NCBI GenBank assembly: GCA_038496445.1
Contig: JALMLS010000529.1
Location: 1 to 33,884, forward strand
Direction: 5' to 3'
Origin: Trichosphaerium sp. ATCC 40318
Lineage: Eukaryota; Protista; Tubulinea
DNA: 33,884 bases
In this document: piece after piece, positions 12,256 through 22,874 of the stretch
How the letters are laid out: each line of letters begins with the position of its first letter
Position numbering within the stretch: position 1 is the first letter of the stretch
The notes under the pieces: model-generated
Databases searched by the model: none
What the model saw: the letters and a program-made list of their open reading frames with translations, nothing else
What the model was told of the DNA's origin: nothing
Translations under genes and position numbers: made by a program

Positions 12256-13759
12256 TTAGCTAAATTTTTTCGCAATAACACCTCCTCTCTTTGTTGGCAT
12301 GTACTTCTTGGCCTCTAAAAGATAAAATGAGCAAAAACAGCACTCAAACAGTACTCTACAAACAAACAAAAGAATAGTGGTGGCTTCTGAATCAAAACGT
12401 ACCTTCTAACTCGCGTTCTACCCACCAGATAGCTCCTTCACCAGTACCTCCAGCACCAAGCTTAGCTTGGGCAAGGGCTTCTTCAGCTTCCTTTACAGCC
12501 TTTTGTGCTGCATCTACAGCAGCATCAGCTGCTTGTCTTGATTTGGCCGCTTTCTTAGTAGCAGCTTCACAAGTAAGCTTAGCACGACGTAGAGGTAATG
12601 GATCCTCTCCCAAATGCTACAACACAAGTGTTAACGCTTTGAATCGAGATTTCCTACGCGCGTAAATACGTACTTGGGCTAATTCGTTCTTTGCGCGCAT
12701 TTTGGCAACCACACCTCCTTCTTCACTCTTCTTGGTGAGTTCTTCTGTTTTGTTATTGTAATCATCCTCTTGCTTCTTCAAGTCATCCAAAGCTGCTTGT
12801 AGTTCTGCCTCAGCAGCAGCAGCGGCTTCAGCCTTAGCAGAAGCATCCTTGAAGAGTACTTGGACTTCCTTCAGCATAGCTGAACATCTAGCGATTTCTT
12901 CAGCATTAGAACCCTGTTTAGAAGTGTTAACGAGGAGGCACACGTTTACAATAAGCCAAGGAGGAGAAAGGCCGAACCTGAGGGCGTTTGAGGAAATCCT
13001 AAAAACACGTAGTCAGAAATCAAGAACAAGTAGATGGTTTGCGTGTAAGCGATTTTTTGGTTACCTCAATTTTTTTGCTGAAGTGCCACAAGAGGAACTC
13101 TAGAAGAGCAAGTCTTTTATTGAAATCTCTGTCCATGGCACTAATTTCAGCACGCATAGCTACACAAATAAGGGTAAAAATAACAAAAGATTCAAAAAGC
13201 AAAGTGTGAGCTGTTTTGCGTTACCTTTGACAGTCTTAGTGTCACCAATGTGCTCGAGGAACCTAATTTGAGCGTCAGAGTAGAAAACAAACGAAAGTTT
13301 CTGTAAATTAAAGAATTGATGATATAAACATGCCTGTGAGCGTTGAATTCATCCTAGGTCTGCGTTAGAGGAGTTTTATATAAACAAAAGAATTCATACC
13401 AAATCACTTCCTTCAGCGGCGTTTTCTTCATCTAGAGATGCGAACTTAAGCGCCCACTCCCAAATCTTCTCTTTGTTGTCTTTGGGCGGTTAGTGTAATG
13501 CTAAAACGAGTTGAAGATACCTGACAAATCATCCCAGTACGCGTTGAGGCTAAAGCAGGTACATTAGAGACTTCTTAGCTTGCGGGTAAAAAATATTTTT
13601 GGGTTACGTAAAATTACGTACAAAACTTGTCCTTGCTCTGCGTAGGTTCTTTGGGTGTACTCCTTAAATTTTGCTTCTGCAAAACAATTGAGAATTTGTT
13701 TAACCAGGTTACGACGCTCATTATGAAACAACAACACTAAAACTACGCGTACCTGCCAT
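12256..13759 (-). CDS. Calcium-regulated actin-bundling protein family (Dictyostelium ABP34-like; EF-hand-like + coiled coil), ~11 exons
   Basis: QGQVFLNAYW, GSDLDEFNAHRFLE, MDRDFNKRLALLEFLLW, AKNELAQ, GAIWWVERELEEAKKYMP match the ABP34 / amoebozoan 'TolA-like' family. Several 20-30 nt micro-exons. Confidence 0.85.
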
Positions 13760-14023
13760 TGCTACTTTGTCACAAAATATTTGCCCGAAATACGCTTAAA
13801 CGCTTTAAGTTGCTTAGCTTTTCGCTCTTATTGTCAAGGTGACAAGTTAGCAAAGTCCATTTACCAAAAAGAAGAACAAAGAGGTAGTCACCACGAAAAT
13901 GATTTTTTACTTTTTGACACATTGTTTTATGTCCTTTATACAGCCTTGAAAATGGTTTGTTGGTCTATGTTACATATAATACACGCCCAGCTCAAAGCTG
14001 ATATTTTACAATTATTTGTGGGC

Positions 14024-14564
14024 TTATTCGTCGCTATCAGACTCTTCACTAGCGTCAAGCTTCTCGAAGTCTAAAATTTCTTCTTCTTCTTCTTCGTCGT
14101 CAAAGACTGTTGAAGAGAATCTTCGAGAGAGTCTTGTTCTGCTTCTAGGTTTACCCCAGTCACCGTAAATGAAACCAAACGCTAAGGAGAAAAAAAATTA
14201 GTAACCGTTACGTTGAATCAACAATTTCTTGAGGCTTTGGTAGTGATGGCAGTGACGTACAGTCAGGAGCAGTTACAGTGCCAGTTTTGAAGTGACCTCT
14301 AATTTTGTTTTGAGATAGACGAGAGATACGGTCAGTTTTGTAGTTTTGTTCCGCTTCGTTCGCGATGTTGGCAAGTTGTCTTGACTACAGCAACGGTTAC
14401 AAAAAAGAACGGTAAAAGTCGCTAGAAAGTGCTGTAAAACTTACCAAAGAACCGCGTGAGGCTTTTCCAGTCCTTCTTGAGCGCTTTGACGCTCTTGATT
14501 TTACAGGTGACGTCAGCTTTGGTTTAGAGCTCTTTCTCTTTGATGTTCTGCTTCTGCTTGACAT
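14024..14564 (-). CDS. Small (~120 aa) protein with S/R/K-rich N-terminus and acidic C-terminus, 4 exons
   Basis: MSSRSRTSKRKSSKPKLTSPVKSRASKRSRRTGKASRGSL|SRQLANIANEAEQNYKTD|RHFKTGTVTAPD|SFGFIYGDWG...DDEEEEEILDFEKLDASEESDSDE*. Three GT-AG introns keep the frame. Confidence 0.6.
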
Positions 14565-15038
14565 GTTGTGTGGTTAGTGTGTTGTAAAGTGTTATGTAAA
14601 TTACCAAGCGGGAACTTAGGGCTTAACTTTTAGATTTTGGTGCTCAAAACAGATAGCGGTTATTTCTGCCGGTACATCACATAACTTGAAATGTTACAGC
14701 TTTGTACCGCACTTCCACACGTGTAACTGCCGAAAACAGGTATTAATTAGTAAATTTATACAATAGACAAGCCAAAGTACTGCGAGTTTTCTGAACAAAA
14801 CATCTAAAAAACTTTTTTCGAAACTTGGTTTTGCAGCACATTGTAAACGCAAACAAAGTAGAGGAACCGACAAAAGAGGATCCAAGCTTAGCTGGCTACA
14901 AGCGGACTGACATTACTGTCAGATTTTTATACTCGCCTTTTTTGGACAAAACAACGTGGTTTTTTTAGCTGCTCTAAATTAGGATCGCACAATTTAGAGT
15001 AGAAACAGCAGCTGAATTAAGTAAGTAAAATGCATAGG

Positions 15039-15760
15039 TCATCTGCTGGGTCTAAAAATCCTATCTAGACAGGTAGATGTCGTGAAGTCACATAAAGGTG
15101 AATTGATAACTCCAGGAGTCCTGAAAAACTTCTTCCCATCATCAAAGTAAACTTTCGAACTCCGACACCAATGTCTAGGAATAGTATAATCCAGTATGTT
15201 AGTAGTATCAACCTGCTTAAACATAAATAAGCAAAACTACCTCTTGAAGCTTTACAAGATAATATTGTTCGCTCCTGGAGTACCGTTCAGACCAGCACTA
15301 CCATAACTTGACGTAGAATGACACCAGTTACCTTCATTTTGATAAAAACGGAGAGAACGAGTTGATGAAGATAGTTGTAAATGGATACGTACCATAACCT
15401 TCGACCAAAGCAATAATTATCATCACAAAAGTATTCTCAATGATTTTGCTCAGATGCATTGAGATCAAGATCTGTTCAGTAAACATAGTCTGGAGTGATA
15501 CCTCCATTTAGTGTAGTGTTTCCACTTGCCGCGAAAACAATTTCAGAGGATACTTGTGTGTTTATCCTTGATGTTATCACGTGAGACTCGCTTCTTGCTA
15601 AAATAGTACAGGTAGTATCCATGTTAGCAAAATTGACGCTTATGTTAGGTACGGCATTTTCGTGCGTAGGGGCCAATTTCGACTATTTGTGCGTTTCAGG
15701 AGAGCTTTGAGTGGAACGCAAAAGCCGAAACGTTGCGAGTTTTCTACTAAACTTTTCATA
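15039..15760 (-). other. Unknown multi-exon gene, possibly disrupted
   Basis: 3' exons splice cleanly (CWSERYSRSEQYYLVKLQE|VDTTNILDYTIPRHWCRSS...). The best upstream frame has an in-frame TGA at 15437-15439. The 5' end is uncertain. Confidence 0.35.
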
Positions 15761-15915
15761 CCAAAAAAAACAAATGCAACAAATGGACCGAAATAAAAAT
15801 TCAGCTAGTAAAATCAGTGAAGTCGTAATTCATTTGTAGACTCACAAACTCGTACTGAAGCAAATGTGAAAAAAAAATAAAAAATTTGTTGTACAACCAA
15901 CGAAAGCTATCTACA

Positions 15916-17519
15916 ATGGAAAAAATGTCTGAGATGGAAATGTTAGTACCACAGACACAACCAAAACGGCGAAAAATCTCTGTCCTGGCAATGGTTTGCT
16001 ACATTTACACTCAAAGTATTGTTAATTAAACCAGGTCATAAGCATTGTAGTAGTGTTAGCGATTATCATAGCCGTAGTTCCAAGTGTTTTGCTTACAAGA
16101 AGCAAAAATACAGTCCCTCAGGAAAACGTGCCTCTCGATGATATCCCTGACTATGGACGCGCTACACAAGGTACATGCGCACTACAGGTCGTCAATGTAA
16201 CGTTAAATAACAAATTCACTAGCGAAAGTTCCAGAAGCAACCTGGAAATATATACTTGGTCAGGCTGGCGCTCAAGTAACTTATACACAAAATTCTGAAG
16301 AGTTCAACAAGATTTTTTTAGTGCCACGTGCATTGACAAAAGTAGGTGTACCCGACTACAGTTTGAATATTTTTGGTACGTACACAGATAGACGAACGTT
16401 TCTATATCTTTTTTTTTTACCTAATTAAAAATGTAGGCAAAACAGCTTCGTTTCCAATATTTATTGATCCTGTCGCGAAATTAGGAGGATTTCATCCAGA
16501 TGGTGAAGCAGGTGTTGCCAGGGCTGCTAAGAGACTTGGAATACCTATGGCAGTATCATATCTTACTACAACACCTTTGGAAGTTATCGCAAAAGCGTGG
16601 AATGAACAGGAACGTGACGAAGGTGTTACAGCAGAAGGTGGCTTGTGGATGCAAGTTTATCTACAAAAGAATAGAACAAGCATGGAAGCAGTCATAAGGG
16701 TAACAAAGAAACATACGTGTATGAGTACTCTTACTTATGTCGTAGTTGGCTGAAGACCTAGGATTTGATGCATTGTTGTGGACTATTGATAACGCGGGGA
16801 GTTTTGTGGATGTCGGCGTACAAAGGAACTTTGTTTTACCACCAGGTACTGGCAGTAGCTGACTAGTTTTAATATAAATATTGAATTTAGGTATTGAGGT
16901 GCAGTATCATGATGTTCTTGATTATGTGTATGATTGGGAGGTATTTGAGTACGTGTTGAAAATATAGTTACTACTTACAATCACTAGATACTTAAAGAAT
17001 TTGACGTCCATGAAGATGATTCTCAAAGGATTAGTTTCTCCTGAATCTGCTAGAGAAGCTGTTAATCATGGTGTAGATGGCATAATTGTATCGAACCTTG
17101 GTGGAAGGCAAATAGATACGACAATACCTTCAATTAAAGGTATCTCACTTTTTCCTTAAAGAAAAAAATTGTTAAATCTATTTGTAGCTCTTCCAGAGAT
17201 TGTGGAAGCTACAAAAGGTAGTAATGTGACAATTATGTTGGATAGCGGTATAAGACGCGGTACAGACGTGTTCAAAGCGTTGTCTTTGGGTGAGGATAAA
17301 ACTAACTAAAATAACAAAAGATGACTAAAGGTTTTGTTATTAGGTGCTTCTGCTGTACTTGTTGGTAGACCAATGGTGTGGGGTCTTTCAATGGATGGTT
17401 CAGACGGTGTTCATACTGTAATGTCAATATTGAGGGATGAATTGCACAACACAATGGGCAATTGTGGTTGTGCCACATTGGATGCGGTTAGAGCATATGA
17501 TAACATACGCTACCAGTGA
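15916..17519 (+). CDS. FMN-dependent alpha-hydroxy acid oxidase (glycolate oxidase/HAO) family homolog with N-terminal TM anchor, ~9 exons
   Basis: [85 protein letters not shown]-terminal KRRK followed by a long hydrophobic helix. Confidence 0.9.
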
Positions 17520-18093
17520 TCACTTTGTACTAAAGTACGATGATGAGCAAAATTGATTTAAATAAATAGTGGCGTGTTGTAAGCTTTCAGTACTTACGAC
17601 ACATGTGATCTCGTTATCGGAATACAGGATGCTTCCTCTGTAACAACGAACGTTGTTGTAGAAAGAAGTTACTATTTGTTCAAATACTCTTCTAGAACAC
17701 GCAGTGGTCAATGTCCATAAACAATAACGTACTTGCATGGGCTAGTGTACGTGTTTTACAGCATTTTTGGCCCTCAAAACGTGTATGACTGCAGTAGTCC
17801 ATTTCGAGAAAAAAAAAGTAACTCAGTGCTGCTTACTGTGCGCCATGCCTTCATCCTAATAATATTAACTTCGTCTAAAGCTGTCCACGTGAAAAAAGTT
17901 TACTTATAGGCACTTGTTTGTTTGTTTCTTAGTCTCTTGCAGTTTCGTCCGCGTAGTACAGTGTAGCGAGAGCATTGTAAGCTTTTTTGTCGATATTAAG
18001 CAATAACTACCGTACTACTAAGTTCAGTGCCTTTTGCAACTCTAAAGCGTGTACCTTCTCTCTCCAGCTTCAGTACTATCACGTCAACTCATC

Positions 18094-19931
18094 ATGTCTG
18101 ATGTACGTAGTGATTCAAAGTTGTTTTTAAGTTTTTTGTGCTACATTCTCAATAACTAGCGAACATGAAGCGCTCAGGCGATGAACTAACTTCGAGTGAG
18201 GTAAAGAAGCAAAAAATTACTATTATGGATGTCCTCGATGCCTTGAGGCCAAAAGTGCAAGAGATTATTGCTCGCCAACTCCCAAGGGAATTTGACGAGA
18301 AGTCGATTAACAGGTTTTGTGGCGAACCAAGCTACGCTTACGATATTGACTCTGCTACCAAATCATTGCTCGTACCTATCTGGGACATGCTAGACAGAGG
18401 TACGTTGAGTACCCAACTCGAGTGAGAAAAAAGTTCAAAAAGCTTTCAAACTGCTATAACCACACAGCAGCCTTTTTTTCTTGCCTCAGACGCGGTTTGA
18501 CGCTTGTTTTCGCGCTTTAACATTTTTTCTGTGCTAACTGAGCTGTAGGTGGCAAACGTTGGCGCCCTATTCTCGTTCTTCTCATTAGCGAATGCTTGGG
18601 AGGAGACGAAGAGCTCGTATGCAAGATACTTATTTTGTAGAGTTTCTAATGAACCTAGGTAACACCATTTGCGTACTTATGTGAGATTGTACACAACGGT
18701 ACATTAGCTGTTGATGATATTGAGGACAGCTCAACACTACGAAGAGGAAAAGAGTGCATGCACCTTCTCTTCGGTAAGGACATTGCCATTAACGCTGGTA
18801 ACGGTACGTAGTCTTTTTGACACTACTTCGTAACAAAAAGAAACGGATTTCTCCTTTTATCGTTGTACTTATTGTCACTGTTTTAGCAATGTACTTTTTC
18901 CCTCTTGTATGCTTAAAAGAGTTGAGAGAGCAAAAGAAGTTTGATAGTGAAGTTCTTGTTAAAGGTACGCAACTGGATTGAACATATTTGGCTGTTTTTC
19001 TCTTCACCAATGTCTCGATTGCTTACATGTAGTTGCTTAGCGTATGAATTATACTCTCAAGAGCTCATTAACTTGCACTTTGGACAAGGATTGGACATCT
19101 GGTGGCATAACGATAACAGCGAACCAGGTGTACAAGAATATTTGCAAATGTGCGCTTATAAAACAGGTATGTTGTTTTCTGAGCGTTTTTCGTTACGTTT
19201 TACTGCTTTTGTAACACTTTCGCCAAGGTACTTTGGCCCGCCTTTCTGCTCGTCTTGCTACTCTCCTCTCTGGAGGTGATGACGCTCAAATCTTGCGTAT
19301 TGGTAAATTCGCTGAGTCTATTGGTGTCGCTTTCCAAGTACGTCAAAAAGAGAATTATTTCTTTGTTGGTCTTTGGAAAATTCTAAAGTACCACTCAAAT
19401 TACTCTATGTTCCGTTTGAACGGAGTGCTTTCGCTTGTTTTGTTCGTTATTCTTATTGATTTTATGTTAGATTCAAGATGACTTGTTGAACATCTCTGGT
19501 GAAGAGTTTGTTAAGGGTAAAGGATTGGGTGAAGATGTCCATGAGGGTAAACGCAGTTTGATGGTTATTCACTGTTTGCTCAATCACCCAGACAAAGCAA
19601 AGCGTGATAGACTAAGCGTACGTTTAATACAAGATAATTATTGTTTTGAGCGAACTCGCTGTGACAAAATTTTTCGGCGAACTTTTTTGTAGAGTGGTTC
19701 TTTACTAACTGTTGTTTCTAGGATATTTTGAAAATGAAGACTGACGATGAAACTTTGATCAAAGAAGCTATTGCTATTATGAGAGAGTCAAAGAGTCTTA
19801 AATTCGCCCAAGATATGGCCCGCGATATCATCACAAAGGCTTGGAATGAGGTAAAAGAACATCTTCCAGAAAACGAAGCCAAGGGTAAAATCAAGCTATT
19901 TGCTGATTACCTAATTGAACGTAAAATCTAA
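18094..19931 (+). CDS. Polyprenyl diphosphate synthase (GGPP synthase-like, trans-IPPS), ~9-10 exons
   Basis: RGGKRWRP, FARM HNGTLAVDDIEDSSTLRRGK, AINAGN, LHFGQGLDI, YKTG, SARM AFQIQDDLLN, GEDVHEGKRSL. Confidence 0.92.
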
Positions 19932-20198
19932 AGACAAATAAAGGCCACTTGCTGCTTTTTGTTCAAAACACGTGTGGTTTTACCTGTGCATTCCATCGCT
20001 TACAACGCTCCTGAAACGCATCGTACAAAAGCGAAAAGGTTAAGTGGAAGTCGAGGTCAACGTTCTTTATTAGTTGTTATGCGATAGATTAATGCCTGCA
20101 GTATGAGTGACGTTTGCGAAGATGTTTACCATCCATTGTTTGAAGCGCATTGACACTCAAATAAATTATTGAACAAAACAATCTTTAGAGTGTACGAT

Positions 20199-21915
20199 AT
20201 GAGTTCTAGTCCTTCTGGTCCATGTGTTGTATGTCGTAGACCCATTACATCAGGAGCATGGCTTCAATTGCAACGGTACACTTTGTCTTCGCTTCAAACT
20301 GCGTCAATATGCAAAATGCAGCTACATAAGGCGTTTTAGGCCTACTGGATTTGCAATTGCAATTGTTAACCCAAAGCACCTTTCTAGTGATCGTTTTGCA
20401 GTTTCTACGCTACCTCTAACGTCTGTACGTAGGTATTGTTACCATGGAAGTTGTTTTAGATGTGTATCATGTAAAACAGAACTGTAAGTACTGTCAGCCA
20501 TTAATTCAAGCCTATAGCGGCCTAAGCGCTAGTTGACATGTCCATATTTGGTAACCAGTATTCACGAAAACTGATAGTCCTTTTCTAGATACGGAAAATC
20601 ATTTACACCCGTGCGCAGTACGTTTTTTTTTGAGAAATTCTTCGTTGCTAAGAAATGACTATCATATTTAGACCAGAATAGTGCTCCTACGATATATTGT
20701 AAGAGCTGTAAGACGTCATCAAATGGTACGCTGTGTTGATTACTTAGGTTCACTGAAATGCAGTACATCAAACACTACGTTGTGGCCTAAGCATAAATTT
20801 CTTTCTTTTTTTTGTCTGGCAATCTTTTTCGAAAAGTTTAAAACACGTGCTTTGTGATATCCTCTTTATTAGCTGAATTAACGTTATGTGTAGTTACAGT
20901 AAAAATACAGGATAATAGAACACCAGGAGGTGGGAACAATTCTGGTCCGTATGGATGCAAACCTGCGCCACGAGTACAACCACAAAGTATGTTGATTTGT
21001 TACTCCAAGCTGGTTGTTAACATGATTGCTTTTCAGATTACAATCTAAATCAAAACCATTACCAAGTCCAGAGAGAACAACAAGAAAGAAAAAGGCTTGC
21101 TGAAGAAAGGTGGGAGCAAGATAAACTGGAAAGGCAGAGAAAAGCGAGAAATCAAGCCATATTGCTTGGAGAGAGGAGACAACTAGAAGAAGAAGCGAGG
21201 CAGAGGAGATTACAAGAGCAACAAAGACTCAGAGAGGAAGAACAACAAAGAACTGAAAGAAAACGAAGAGAAAGCATGGAACAAGATCGATTGGAGAGAG
21301 TGAGGAAAGCTTCAATGCCAATACAACCACGGACTCAGGTACAATATTATGATAAAAACGTTTTTCAACAATAGTAGGGATATAAGCAACAGCCAAGGCA
21401 AACACAATACAGTGCTCCACAACGACCTATAGCTCCAACACAGCACAGACCACCTCCAGTTGTACGTCCACAACATCCAGTATCTTCATTTCCGGCTTCT
21501 GAATCACCACCTCCGCCGCCTATGAATAGTGGTCCACCCCCTCCACTTCCACCTATGAGTATTGCTTCTCCATCAACTGGACCTGCACGTCCAAAGATGT
21601 ACGTAATATAGTTCAAGTTTCGTATTAATGATGAAAGGGGTGGACTTCTTGGAGCTATTGAAGGGTTCAGCAAGTATAATCTAAAAAAGTCTATTCCAAA
21701 TAATTCTTCAAACAGAGGTGTAGGGAGAGTAACGAATGGTACTTCAACCAAACATTTCCAACAGGATTTTTCACAACAAAGATACTAACTTCTTTTGTTC
21801 CTTAGTACCAAGTGGGAGTTCATCGCGTGGACCAATGGCACAGAGACCAAAGATGGGTTTTGGATCTATAGCAGAAGAAGCAATGTTAAAGCGTAATAAT
21901 TTAAGGAAAGTTTAA
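20199..21915 (+). CDS. LIM domain + charged coiled coil + proline-rich + WH2 actin regulator
   Basis: Spliced LIM CVVC..YHGSCFRCVSC..YCKSC; an R/E/Q-rich helix; PPPPP tracts; WH2 GGLLGAIEGFSKYNLKKS; and a C-terminal WH2-like SIAEEAMLKRNNLRKV*. Confidence 0.75.
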
Positions 21916-22346
21916 ATAAAACAAGTTGCTTAAGATTCCAAGCTAGGGATTTTGACATAGAGAATTTTTTGCTAAGCAGTTGAATGTGCTGTGGTGTAAG
22001 CACTACATGCTTTGAATCTACGCAGGAATTATGAGAGCTTAATATAAACCTGTAGCTGTGAGAAAAAATAAATACGCTTTAATGTTTTTATGGTATGACG
22101 TTATTGTAAAATATGAAAATCTTCTAGCTAGGTTATTTTTGTTCATCATTTATACCTTGAAAGTGTACAAAGAGTAGTAGTGCATCGAACCTGAGTGTGC
22201 ACACTAAAACGTTAGTTGTGGCTCCGCAAAAAACGTCAAGTTCAGCATATTGCTCTTGATTAGCGATATAAAACCGATTTAAACTCTTTTCATTTGTTGT
22301 AGTGCACTTTTTCCAACAATGTTTTCAGTTTTTTTTCTCTTTCTAA

Positions 22347-22445
22347 CTTATGCAACATCCCAAACAGCCAAAAATGATGCATACATACTACACGAGCATG
22401 TTGAATACAATACATCATTTTTGGCTGTTTGGGATGTTGCATAAG
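22347..22445. repeat. Perfect 33-bp inverted repeat with 33-nt loop (hairpin)
   Basis: CTTATGCAACATCCCAAACAGCCAAAAATGATG (22347-22379) and its exact reverse complement (22413-22445). Confidence 0.9.
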
Positions 22446-22874
22446 ATAGTGAACAAAATTGTTTTCTAAACAGCGTTGTTTGCAACCTCATATCAGGGAT
22501 AAGTAGTACATTACTGTTTAAGCGGATCTGGCCTATTTATTTGACAGAAAAACGTGTTGTTGCTCTTAAATAAGGAATTAAAAGTTCCTTTTTTGCTGAA
22601 AGAGCTTGGTACATATTTCCTATGATAATTGCATATAATGTACTTATTGTGCGTCTCTGTTAAGAACTTCCCCTTGAAATACAAACCTTAACCTATCGTA
22701 TACAGCAGTTTCAGGTGAGTAGCTGACTGCTGTGTGACTGACACATTTTTTACTTTTTCATCAACTGCTTAGAGAAAAATTCTCTATGATATCTCCAGAC
22801 AGCCTATTTTCAGAACTTTGATAAACCAGGCAATTCAAACGCTGGTTTTTTATTTCACTTTTGCGTCACTTTAC

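Noticed and set aside
21365-21751. Gly-rich minus-strand ORF (and other antisense ORFs, e.g. 894-1136, 22978-23208, 32108-32464)
   Set aside because: These are shadow ORFs opposite well-supported genes.
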